Shown here: positions 37,401-49,619 of the stretch, in pieces
Layout: each line of letters begins with the position of its first letter
Position numbering within the stretch: position 1 is the first letter of the stretch
Assembly (NCBI GenBank): GCA_036172245.1
Contig: JAYWIR010000005.1
Coordinates: 4,774,001-4,838,000 of the forward strand
Direction of reading: 5' to 3'
Length of the DNA: 64,000 bases
Source of the DNA: Raillietiella orientalis
Taxonomy: Eukaryota
Notes under the pieces: model-generated
Databases searched by the model: none
What the model was told of the DNA's origin: nothing
The model's input: only the letters and a program-made list of their open reading frames with translations
Translations under genes and position numbers: made by a program

Positions 37401-39889
37401 GACCGTAACGGCAGAAAGTTGGTGAGAAAACGTGAAAATGGGATTGATCACGCCTACTGTGACTCTTCCCTGATGCGAGTTGCTTAGTTTCCAGACAATC
37501 TGGAATCACATATGCTCGCCCCTAACCACGCAACCATTGTGACTCGGAAATGAGCCATTATCACAACTCATGTCTTTTGACATTCAATCTTCAACTTCTA
37601 TGCTGGTGGCAGAATTTATCGGAAACCTGTTTTGGGAATCAGAGACTTTGAGCTAGGAAGCTCAGTACAGCTTGAGCAGAAAATCTGGAACCTCCTCTTA
37701 AGACTCACTTCTTGTTTTGTTTAGGTTTTCGCTTCCTGGAAAATTGCTCAGAACTGAGTTCCAGACCCTTCGCTTCCGTCGCGACTGCTGATACTGATGC
37801 CATCTTAATTTACTAATTGCTTCTTTGGATCCTCGCAGTTTGTCGATTCCTTGGGAGCTTCCTTCTGTTTCCGGGTTGGGTTCCCTTCGTCCTCTTTTTC
37901 CAAGTTTGGAACAAACACGCTTCGTTTCTGACTTGCCTTGCGTTCACCGGCATCCCCGTCTCGAACTCCAAAGCGTTTCCCAATCAGACTCTTGCGGTTT
38001 TCTCTCGAAGGTCGGCTGCCAGAACTGAAACGAGTCCGTGAAGCCGTGCTAATTTTAGTATTAAAGTGCTCTGGTGGACTTTCTGAATAGATCAGGGCTT
38101 ATCCTTCCCGACTGCTTTTAGACAGACGATGGCCAATTACAAAATCTGCATCTTCACCCAGTGATTAGCAAAAGACCTCTAAGATGCAGTTTTTTCATCC
38201 CGAATTATTAAGAGACCTTCAGTTAGCTGACCTCACTTGGACGACGCACACTTGGAGATAGGAGCAAGAAATTGCCTTTCCAGGACCTTTGCCGATGGGG
38301 CAGCACGTCACAAAAGACCGTTAGCCAGAAACCTATTTCCCAGGAAGAGGAACCAGAGTAAACAAGCTGGTTGCGAACAGGCATTTCGATCTGTGGCTCA
38401 GGATGTTCTTTTCCGTGTTGCACAACACATCGAGCATGCGTGCCTTTCGGAAACCCAAGTCGCGACGGAGTAATTACCTCCAGCTTGCATTAATAGCGCC
38501 AAGAGTTCATCTCTTCTGCAAAACTAGGAATTCTCAACTTCGCTATTCGAAAGCAGCGAGGCCAAAAAGGAGAGAGCTGGTGCAGGGATGCAGAGAAGAT
38601 CCAAGCGCATAACGAGATTTTCGATGACAAGCTTTCGAAGCGCGCACCAGTCGCGGCAGCGATTCCTCTGAGGAACCGAACGAAGATGATGGCACACGTG
38701 GAACCCCTGCCGTCTCACGTCTTTACTTGCAACAGCAAGCAGCGAACAGTTCCGCCAGGTAATGCGTGATTTTTGGTTACGACCTCAAAGCGCGCACCAG
38801 TAGGACGGCCGGTTCGCCCGTAGGTTGCATTCCCATCGAACGACTCCGTCCCAAGAGCAGCTCATTGCCCGGGGCGTGAGGTTTAATGTAGATCGAATGT
38901 GAGAGACCTGAGCATGATTAATGAAATATTTCGGTAATGCTTCTCTGTGGTGCACGCCTGGCAATCGCAATTTTTTGCCACGGTGCGCCACTTGAGTTTG
39001 GAGGTCGCCTGGAATCGAAAGATAAATGCGCGCAGCAGACTCATCCCTGACGACCTAGCCACCGTGACGCGTCCCCGGATTCCCCATTCCGGCTGCGCTC
39101 CTGCGGGTGGAGAGGAATCGATAAGGCGGGTTCCAAGGCATCGGATCTGTTTGCAGTCTCCTGGATAAACTCCGGAGCATTCCGATCCCCTCTCTGTGTT
39201 CCGCGCTCACCCTTTCCTCTCAGGAAGATCGCCATCTGTCTGCGAGTTGCAAGGCGTGGACCTTCGAGACGCGATGCTTCCCATGCTGGAAAACTTCTCT
39301 CTCAATCGAAGATATTTCCAGAGAGTTGGCAAAGAAATGATAAAAGCGAACGAACATGAGAAACTGGTTCCATGTGTGATGTGAAGACATGGGACCAAAC
39401 ATCTGATTCTGAAACAGTGAATGATGCGTGTGGGGAATCTCCTCGATTCTCTTTCCAGCTTCGGAAGTGGTTTCGGCGTTTGCAGCTCGTGCGAAGAAAC
39501 CGAGCTCAAGAATTGGTCCTTTTTTTCATTTTCTTCCCCCCTACCCTCCTTCCTTCTTTGGCTTTAGACGCTTGTTGGGATCGGTAGGTTCGGTCGCTTC
39601 TGCCGAAGCGGAAGAACTCCATTGCTCCGTTCCCTACATGGAAGGCTCCATGGCATGCAAGAGAAGCTCGCGCTGGAATTTCTGGCCCCATCGCGCACCG
39701 AACTCGAGACAGAAAGAAGCCAACCATGGGGTTCGTTCTCTGATTGTCACTGTACGTCAGGGGAACGCACCTTTGCACATGGCTCGAAGTTCATGGCAGA
39801 GAAGTAGGAATTTTGCGAAACTTTCTAGACGTCGAAAGACCGGGGGTCCAAGCCATTGGACCTGTAGGAACCAAGAACACGTTTCTCTG

Positions 39890-40290
39890 AGGAGTCGCTC
39901 CCCAAAGGAGGCAGAGCGCTTTTTACACTCTGGAGAGGCAACCCTCGAGAAGGGTATCAACCAGCTTTATGATATGGCCCCATTTTCACCACCGGAGGGG
40001 AACCTCCCGAAGGGAACCGCCTCCTTGATTCCTGGAAGGATCACGGAGGGTCATCTTCCGATCCCGGCTAGTCGACGGAGGCAGACGGTTTCCAACGCGC
40101 GCGCACGCTCGTCTCACCAGTGCCGCACTCGAAGTTCGTGGGCCAACCAGTGTCATCCTGAGGGGGGGACTCGAAACCCACGGCGCATTCCCCGTTTTCG
40201 GTGTTGATCTTTTCCCGGGTGGGGATTCGAACCCGCAACTCGGGGACTGCGCGGAGACCGTAGATACACGGTCTCCAGCTCGAGCCCAAC
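39890..40290 (-). mobile_element. tRNA-headed SINE-like repeat, copy A (3'-truncated)
   Basis: Minus-strand A-box-like TGGGCTCGAGCTGG (40288-40275) and B box GGTTCGAATCC (40233-40223); body shared with 42455-43036 and 49620-50075. Confidence 0.65.
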
Positions 40291-42454
40291 TTTTTCCGAC
40301 TCTTGTCTGCCCAATCAGATGACGATGACGTCAAATGGGGACTTCTACCCCGCTATCGCAATCCCTACTCCGAACAGCAGCAGCAGCAGCTCCACCAGAC
40401 GGTGCGAAAAATTCGGCTGTGCGATCATCCCGCTCTGACAAAAGAGCGGTGCCTCCCAGTTCCTGAGATGTTTCCCCAGCTACGGAGGGGAGCGGCAGCC
40501 ACCGAATGGTCTAATGAGTCTTCCGCCCGGCTTCGCTTCCGAACGACTCGCGCGCGTTGGGATCCGCTGCGGACCTCCGCCAGTTCCTGGCTCCTTCCAG
40601 GCCAGGCACAGCTTGCCATCTTTCGGGTCCAGCCGTGATCAATGCAGATATGCTCCTGCGGCAGTCGGGAGTTACGCTGCGATCCAGGAGTGCGCTGCGC
40701 ACTCTCGCGAGCCCGACGCGAAAAGATCGTTTCATTTCATGCACCCAGCCATGATTAAGGTCAACACGCACAGTCCAATGCGAATTCTGCTCGAAAGATC
40801 CTTGAAGGAAGGAGTAGTGGTGCGTGTGAAAGAAGTGTGAAATGTATGGGAGGAAAGAAAGAGAAGAAATTAAACTGCAGCGCCTCGAATACACCCAGAC
40901 GTTCCGACATCCTAACCGAAGACTGGATGGATGAGGCCAAGAAGATCCGTCGAGTCGTGACCTTGGAAGCAGAGCTCTGAACAAATGCGGCGGCGGCTCC
41001 TGCCTCTTCAGCCCAAGATGGGTTGCTTGCCGGCAGTTTTGGCAGACCTGCATCCCACAAACGCCGGCGAACTCTCCCCCACGTGCAGAGGAAGGGTTGG
41101 GAATGCTCGTCTACCTGGGTGTATTCGAAGCGCTGCAGTTTCGGGACCTCCATCCTTCGTCGCCGGTACGGAAGACGAAGAAGAACCTGCACGATGCATT
41201 TTCGAGATGCCTTTTCTTTCCCCGTTTCTCTTCGGCTTCTGGTGGGAAGAACAGCCTAACCAGCGGATTTTGAAAGTCAAGGTCAAGTGCACACTTCGGA
41301 GAAGACGAAAGGGGAGGGAAGGAGGGGGAGCGAGGAATCTCAGGCTGCTTCGCTTTGCTTACGCTACCATTTCTGCATCCATCGAGAACCGATGCAGAGG
41401 ATGTCGGGGCTTCTGTATTTCGCCGTTCCGAGTGATCTCGCGGAGCCAGCGGAGTTGGTCCGCAAGCGCAAGCGACGACAACCTGGTCACGAGAAAGTGG
41501 ACGGAGCCACACGGTGGGAAGGAAAACGGCAAAAAGAAAAAATAAATAAATAAATAAAAAACGTGATGGATGGTGTACGGCGACACTGCTTTGGACCTCT
41601 TCTACATCGGCACTTTCCCTCCTGAGCCTCGTGGCACCGAAACACAAAAAACTCGTAACGACTGCTGTCCTTTGCTCAAGATTTTCTTGTTCCACCTGTA
41701 CGAAAGAAATTGGTCTTCCGCGCCCGGAAACGGACAAAAAAGGATGTGAGCTTCATCTTGCTGCTCTCTCTGTCCTTTTCTCTCTCTCTCTCTCTGAGGG
41801 AGAGGAGGTGATATTTGGCTTCTTTTTTGCGTGTGCGTGAGTGCGCGTGCTTGAGTGCGTTTTCCATTAGATCGACACGAAAAACGGAGTCTGCAATCAA
41901 TCTCCTTGTCGGAATCAATCATGGATGTATTGGTTTTTGCCTCTCTCCTTTGAGCTTATGATGATAAATTTTCTGGAAAATCAGGCTTTTCCCCCCTCCT
42001 TCTTCTTCTTTAGGCCGCGCAATTCGTTGTGCACGGGCCACTCCTCGAAAACACTTCTGGAAGCACACGTGCTGCTCGGCGAGCTTCTCCAATTAATTAA
42101 GGCGTCGGAGCTCTCCGGCTCTTTGCGAATAGAGGACAAGGCATTGAGTTTATCCCCACCAACCTTCAGCTCTCATCCAGGAAGCTGCAGCACGAACAAG
42201 ATGACTGCCTCTCCCCTTCCCCCCTCCCTCCAAAAAAAAAAAAAAAACCCTCAGACAAGAAAGAATGAAAGCAAAAGAAAGGTTAACACGTTGCTTGAAG
42301 AGGAAAAAGAAAATTTTGCTCCGAAATTCGTCCCCAACTGGTCTTGTAGACTCTCAGACTCTCGCGACTGCTGGAATGACGTGTGCGTTGGAAACGAAAG
42401 GACCCGTTGCTAGTGGAAGGTGTCACTCGTTAGCACCACAAGAAGATGCCGTGG

Positions 42455-43036
42455 AACCGGTGGCGAGCCTGCATTGAAGGCTACCGTTGCTGCACGCCAG
42501 CACCAAGCGCTGCGGGTACGGATGCCCGTCAAGGATCGACATCGGGAATGGATGAGTCGAGAGGGCTCCGAGTCCTTCTTCCTAGCAGGATGACGTTGGT
42601 TCGCCCACGGGCTTCGAGTGCAGCACTGGTGAGACGCGCGCGCGCGCGTTGGAAACCGTCTGCCCCTGTTGACGTCCAGGATCGGAAGATGATCCTCCGT
42701 GATCCTTCCAGGAATCAAGGAGGCGGTTCCCTTCCAGAGGTTTCCCTCCGGTGGTGAAAATGGGGTCATATCATAAAGCTGGTTGATACCCTTCTCGAAG
42801 ATTGCCTCTCCAGAATGTAAGAAGCTCGCTGGTCCCTTTGGGGAGCGCCTCTTTGGGGTTCTCTTCAGGAGATGTGGAAACCAGGAGCAGTTCCCTTGCA
42901 GGTTCCCTCCATGGAAGAAATTCAGGGACAGATTCTTTCCAGGTTCTCTTCGGAGACAACCAGGGCGAGGGTTTCCTTCTGGGTTCCCTACCAAGCTTAA
43001 GAGGAACGGACTCTTTCCTCTGAAGCCTTCTTGGAT
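42455..43036 (+). mobile_element. SINE-like repeat, copy B
   Basis: Reverse complement of the copy A body (roughly 90% identical in the core, by eye); decayed B box TGCGGGTACGGATGCCC near 42511; tail shared with copy C. Confidence 0.65.
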
Positions 43037-43069
43037 TAACTAAGGCTGTCCCTACAGGATTTCCCTAAC

Positions 43070-44060
43070 TAGGTTGCACGCACACTCGGAAAGCGCTGAC
43101 ATGTTGAAGAAGCCTCGTGCCCCCACTCATCCCAACCCCTATATGAAGGTGTCAATAAGCCTCTCTGATGCTTCCCTAAAGAGGCGAACAGTTCTTCAGT
43201 ACTTAGCGGACCGAAAAAGAAAACCAAAGCTACGTCAGCAAAGACGGAAAATTTCCTGCAAGAGCGAAACAAGGGGCACGCCAAGTCTGGAGTCACTACG
43301 ACCCCAAATGCCCCACCAGAGAAAATACTGCGCCCGGGTGAGCTTCTGGGAATCCTACAGGAAGACTTCGAGTGGCCCCCAGCACTCAAGAACAACTGCT
43401 CCCCCCCCGAAGTGGCACGAGTCCACACTTCTGCTGTTGCACTAGGGTTTCCCGTGCAACGCTCGCCGGTCTCACTGGGCCCGGCGGGCCGTGGATCCCA
43501 ACTGCTGCAGGTGCGGGGAACAGGAATCCCTCTCGCACCAGCTTGTACACTGTGTTGCCCTCCGGCCCTCGTGGTTGCGTTACGCAACGGCCCTTAGCCC
43601 ACCGACGGACAGTCTGTTCGTGAGCGATTTGTTTCGCCTGGAGCATCCCTAGCAGCTCTTTGCTGCTGATTATGCGGGATTGCGACGGCCCAGAGCTACG
43701 CGAGAAGAGAACGATGCGGCGGGGACGCCATCTGCTTTGCCCTGAGTTTCCTGCCTACGACAGCAAAATGGTTCCACCTGGGGCACATGCGGATGGAACT
43801 TGGCGGCATCCTGGAAAGGATGCAGAGGACGCCCTCCAGCAGACAGCGATCCCTTTCCGTGCCTCTCAGAGTTTTTTTTCATTATTGATTTTTATTTTTA
43901 TTTGCCCCTCCGCTGCCGAGGCGTACCTCGCCGGCCTGCGTGGAGGTTACCGGTCAACAGGCTCTGAACACTTTCGGACGATATAGGGCCGATGATCCTA
44001 CACCTACTGTATGTTTATTATTTTTATAATAAACGCCCCGGCGTGACCGGGTGATAAACC
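43070..44060 (+). mobile_element. 5'-truncated L1/Tx1-like LINE 3' fragment (dead)
   Basis: C-terminal zinc finger VDPNCCRCGEQESLSHQLVHC from 43491, in-frame stop at 43650, T-rich 3' UTR, AATAAA 44028-44033, terminal hairpin. Confidence 0.75.
43336..44060 (+). repeat. Direct repeat, copy 1 (725 bp; copy 2 at 59576-60303)
   Basis: The only differences seen are one substitution (43345) and a C8 vs C11 run; the ORF-track peptides are identical apart from the C-run. Confidence 0.95.
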
Positions 44061-45800
44061 AAGTCCGGAGGGCGCCGGATGGCTTTCTACGCTGATCGGA
44101 CATAGTCGTGGTGGTTATCCTCGGAGAAGGACCACGGACCTCGTCGCTGACCTCTGAGTCTCGCACATCGTGCCGCAGACATCTGCCTCCGAGCTCTTCG
44201 ATGAGGGACGTTCCACCTCGCACGCTTTGGAGTGATCCCTCCGCACGCTCCCAACTGCTTCATTTCTTTGATCCAAAGCTGCTACGGCGAGATGGCTTCT
44301 CGGATCGAAGACTAGGATCACGTGACCTCCGAACGCGGGGGATTTTTGAGAATCAGTCAGAAATCTGAGAGAATGCCCGACAAGCAGCCAGGTCAGTACT
44401 TCCAGGATCCATCGCAAGGGATCCGCCGACGTACGAGACAGCAGTGATCTCATCGCTCCAGACGATCACCCTCACGAGCGGCGCCCGCAGAGGAAGATAC
44501 AAATCGCCCGATTAATTAATTTTAATATTCTTAATTAAAGGATAGAATATTATATACTAATAATAAATGATTGTTATAAAAAACGTTTGGGGTTTAGTAT
44601 AAATCAAAGAATATTTTAAATCTACTTTCAAGATTTTTTATAAATAGTATAATTAAAATCAGGAATAAAATTAATATAAATATATAATGAATAAATAATG
44701 TGTGTAAATATTGCATGAGATGCGTGGTCAGGAACCAGCAGCATCCATTCAGTGATCGGTGGTCCAATCGAGAGGAGGCAGAATCGGTAGGAACCGCAGC
44801 CTGCTGCCAGCCAACACCCCGGGAATGGGCTCGAAGCTTTGGCCAGGTGCCTGGTGCTTTGGAGGAAGCATAGGATCGTTGAGGAGATTGCGCTGTGCAC
44901 CTCATTCACGGTGTCCTATCTTCCTCCGGAAGGCCGGGGACAGTGCTCGAGGAGGCACAACGAAGGAAGAAGAGCGGATTCATCCTCTCCCTCCCCATCC
45001 TCATCCTGAAGGAGCACAGGTATCGGTCCGAGAGTTTGAGGGAGTCTCCCTGGGATTATGAGATCGAGAAACGACGAAATCCCAGGGGAAGTCATGACCC
45101 CTCGCATGTATGCGGGCTGATGGGGAGTGTGGTGGGTGTTGGCACTGTCAACGGCACAGGCTTACCTTTACGACACTCCATCCTCTAGGTCATCAGCCAA
45201 GATGAACCGAAGCGAGTGGAGACACTCCCAGAAAGAGATACCGCGAAGCTCTTGAAGCTCAGCCAAGCAACCGCGCTTACTCGCGAAACGCGGCCAGAAA
45301 GAATTTCCAGAATTTTCGGGCGAGTTCCGCTAACAGGCAGGACACTGACCATTCCATCCACCCCTCTTCATCGCTGACACACAGCTCTCTCCCTCCTTCT
45401 CGCCGGTGAACTTTTGAGGAAAGCGTACTGCACGGCAGGCAGCATCTGGAAAACATGGAGCACGCCTTTGGCACCCGATTATCCTGTATGCTGGAGTACT
45501 CGCACCTGAAGGCAGCACCCGCAACGAACTGATAAAGGAGCTCCAGGTTGAAACTCTGAAGATTCCCAGAACGAAAAATTCCAAAGGGGAATCAGAAGTC
45601 GCCCCTTCCGGGAACCTTCCAGGAATCCTGAGAACTGTCTCATTTGACCATCGTCGCCTCTGCCTTTTCCTTTGGTTTTGCTTCCCTATCGATCTTCAGA
45701 TTTTCCGGGTATCCCGGCTTCTGCCACGTACATCCGTTAATTTTGTTTGTTTATTTGTTTTGCTCAGCTTCCATTCTTCAGCATCCTCGGCTTCCCCCTC
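44061..45800 (+). mobile_element. Decayed LINE ORF2 (RT to zinc finger), interrupted by an AT-rich island
   Basis: Motif remnants in the correct order: KS..APDGF (44061-44086, cf. KxPGPDG), FFDPKLLRRDGF, QG/DPP across a frameshift (~44415), GELLRKAY...PDYPVC (45405-45491), then a T-rich UTR. Confidence 0.5.
44511..44712. other. Sharp-edged AT-rich island
   Basis: 28 G+C counted in 44511-44710 (14% GC) within GC-rich flanks. Confidence 0.9.
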
Positions 45801-45849
45801 TGCGCGCCTGTATTCCTCCCACGGAAGCAGGAAGTGCACCTTTGCTACG

Positions 45850-46880
45850 TTGATAAACGGCAGAAACTCCAGCTGATGGACCGATCCATTCCTGCAAGAT
45901 GCACCAGCACTGCGAGAAGGTTTCTCCTCTCCTCCTCCTTGCTCCCTTGATCTTCATCTTCCGATACCAATCCAGAGGTGAAAAGAAGCATAAAAAAGAA
46001 CTCTGCTCGAAAGAAGGTTACACGAGGCAGTGAATCCGGGAATCTCCTGTCTCCTGCCTTCCTCAGCCGAGGGGATGATTGCATCAGGGAATTCCAGATG
46101 GGGGATGCCAAAAAGAGCGTCGACAGGAGGACAGAAAGATTTAGGAGTGAGTGAGGGGGGGATGAGGGTGCGAGGGTGGGTCCGCGGGGCAAAGATTCGG
46201 ACCGTCTGAGCGTTCGGCGCGGAGAAAGAAGGGCTCTCTTTCCCGACGCGAGAGATGCCACTGCGCCTCAGTGGGCAGGGCGCCCAACGAGTGCACCCAC
46301 TGCTGCACAGTGGCAACACTTGGGCGCGTGCTCCTTGGATGAGAGAGACCGCGTCAGGGTGGAAGCGCGTCGCTGAGGCGCTTCCGTTCCCCGACGCTGC
46401 CTCGAGCGGCCTTCTTAAAGAAACGTTCACCTCTCCGGGCCTGCCAGTCGTCTCCTCGCTGACGATTCTCTGCCACGTGCGAGCGGCTGCGACCGCCTGA
46501 ATGGAGGAATGGTGTGGCTGTCATCCCAACGGACCGTTTGCAATCGCTATCGCCTACATGGTGGACCCAATCTGGGATGTGTGACTCATCGCTGAGGACG
46601 CCCGTCGACGGACACTCCCGACGCACCCCGTTTTTCGACGAATAGACCACTGCCCCTCTTGTCCATGCAGACCCTCGGGATTATTTTTAGTACTGCAGCC
46701 GGTCCATCCCGCCCCCTCTTTATTGATTTCTTCATTGATTTATCTCTCCTCTTCCTTCACATTCCTCCCTAGTTCTTCCCCCAGTGGATATGGTCCCTTT
46801 GCTTTCGAGCCGGCATATGCCGATCGCTTTCTAACTAGATAACTTCTGTTTATTCATAATAAATAAAAGTTATCTAGACA
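45850..46880 (+). mobile_element. Decayed LINE 3' fragment ending in a hairpin over AATAAA
   Basis: PNECTHCCTVATLGRVLLG (from 46283) resembles the ORF2 zinc finger; pyrimidine-rich UTR; hairpin 46835-46877. Confidence 0.45.
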
Positions 46881-49619
46881 GAGAGGCAGGGCCAGGCAAT
46901 GCGGATGAGAAGGTCCGTTCGACGAGAGACACTCTCACCTATAAACAGACATCAGAGCCAACTGCAAGAGGCAGAAAGTCACGCCGTTTAAACGGAACGC
47001 GGACAGAGAGTTATCTTCACGAGCAGAAGACGCACAGCGCCGTCGCTGAAGGCGAAGTGTGTTTCGTCCTTCAAGCATCTTCCTAAATTGGGCACTCCGT
47101 GCTCAAGATCATCGCTTTCCATGATTGCAATGATTACATCGTAAGAACATCGTAACTCCTTCGGGAATAAAGTTTCCAAAGTCATGGAAATCCAGCTGCG
47201 CCCTTCACCTTCTTTCCATCTCCCATTATTGATCGGTACCTACGAATAGCCTTAAGCACTATGCCAACCAACACCATCACCTCTAAAACTCATCCTCCTA
47301 CTCTGCATATCAAACCCAAATTGACAAACAGGTAACCCCTTTCTAACCCCTGAAAAAAGAAAATCCTTTTAAACTCATTACATGAACGGTATAAATAACT
47401 CCCATAAGAGCAGATTCGTCACCTGCCTCTCCCACAGCTTGCCGATCCTGCTTCCTTGACGTTCCTGAATCGCCAATCCTGCTCACAAAAGCATGAAGGA
47501 TCTAAACTCAGCATGAACACCAACAACAAATGATGGCGAACAGACACGTCTATATCAAATTCTTCTATTTCATAAACACTCTCAACTGATCCCGATGTCG
47601 AGTTCCCAAATGGAGAGGTGACAGGAGAGGTGGAAAGATGCAACCGACACTTCTGCAACTTGGCCAACACGCAGAAGGAAGGTCAGAAGAGAGAGACGTT
47701 GGCAAGGACTCCTGACGTTCTTTGCACACAGGTCCGAGGAGATTATAGGCAGCCTGCAACTTCTTTGCAACAGTCTCAGTTCTTACCACAAGCCACGAAT
47801 ACCCCGTTGCCATCATATCAATACATACCATAACCCTACTGAACATCCCAGTTTCATTAAATCGAGTCACCAAGTAAGCCCTAGCGGTAACCAAACCGGC
47901 GTGGGAGCCGAGCTGGATGCCATGAGGTTGAGTTACCACGATTCGAGAGATTCTGGAACTGTCTTCGTCCATTGGTAACTTTTCAGAGAGGAGCTGATAG
48001 TCTTTGCATTGCATTCTGAGGCCCAAAGTTTCGAATCCTGACAACTGCTTCCTGCTGCCGCATCTTGCTCACGAGCAAGGCTGCGGAGAAATCGTTGCGT
48101 GGTTTCGCTCAGCTCTCCCTGTAGGTCAAACAGACCATCTCGGGAGCGGCCTTCACACGAGCTAGAAAACTGCAGCCCAGGCCTTTTGCGCACTTCCCTC
48201 ATCCATGCCCGAATCGCGAGTTAGAGTGGTCAGTGCAGAAGAGAGCAAACTTCGAAGGGAAACGATGCAATGGTCTTCCTATGGGCGCTGTGTGACCTTG
48301 CAAATTTGCGCTGGAAAACGAGGGAACCGAGGAAAGAAACTCAACAGCACAGCACGAATGGCGCAGCGAGAGCAAAGCAAACCCACAAATACAGGCGTCG
48401 ACCGAGTTGACCCCATTTGAAAAAAATAATAATAATAATTCATTATCATCATCATTCAATTTTTAGAAAGATCGTTTTGAATACCAAGGAGAACCGTCAG
48501 CGAATTCCGCACTGCTTTCTTCCCCTGATCACTGGTCCCAGCGCCGTGGGTTGAAACCACCCGGATTTCCCATCGATGTTCGATGCTGGGAGCGTAATGA
48601 TGTCTTTCGGCATGAAGTCCATTCTGCAACTCCACTCTGCCTTTCATTAAAGTCAATTAGCAAAGAAGTATCTCTCAGGGATGAAACGATGAATCTGTGC
48701 CCATTCTTGCGGGATTCAGTGCTGAGCTTATAGAGAAAGTAGGCATCAGCGTGCTCAGTAGAGCCAGCGAACAACATGCATGCCATCATGCAGATCTCAT
48801 GGAACACGTAATTCGTGAAAGCGTTCATTCGGGACGCTGTGTGTCACGGATCAGATAGCTGAGTGCACACCTGAATCAGACCTGTCAGCCAGAACACGTC
48901 TACTTTCAACACAAAGAGTTGCAGATGGCGGGAACAAAATGGCAGTGTTTGGCCTCAAAACGTGCTGTGCCATGAGCTGCGTGTGTTCGAACGAGAGCCT
49001 TGTGTGAATCCGACGATGGAGATCAAAGAATTCCTGGGCAAACAATTTAACCGCCATTTGATTCAGAATGTTCTTCCAAGGTAAAAGAAAAACCTTGGGA
49101 TTGTTGCTTCAGAATGGACCTTGCCCATGAGTTCGAAGATCTCGAATGCTCTAGCATGACGGCCAAGAATCAGGTCCAGAAGCTGGGAGAAGTTCTGGAG
49201 AAAAAAACGAAACAAAACACGTTCCCATCCTTCTCCGACTTTGAAACGCGGCAGCCATGCTTCTGCCTCTCCCTTCCGCTCGTTTCCCGCCTGCCACGTT
49301 CCAAACAGGTGCTGGGAGACTTGCCGAGACAAAAGACCGGCGCGAGAAGGAAGTCACAGACAAGCTGCCCGCTTCGGAGAGCTGAACCCGTTTCCATGGA
49401 CGACATCAGGGAGCGACATCTGTTTGACGGCACCGCTCACGAGCGCTCAGGTGGACAGAGTCCGGGTCGAGTTCTGCCCCCAAGCCTGTGCGGGGGCAAG
49501 CGAGAGCGCTTCTGCACGCAGACGTGCGCGTGCCAACTTCCGTGCAGGCACGGAAAATGCGCGTAAGAACGGGAGACTGGTCTGCGGCTGATTGCTGACT
49601 GCAAAGCAATCACGGGAGA

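Noticed and set aside
44600..44720. Assignment of the AT island to mitochondrial ND5 (SHAMF) or ATP8 (KKSWK)
   Set aside because: Only 4-5-residue resemblances; the flanking residues do not fit either gene.
48610..48715. Minus-strand HRFIPERYF resembling the cytochrome P450 PERF motif
   Set aside because: Surrounded by stop codons and lacking the FxxGxRxCxG heme motif; probably chance.
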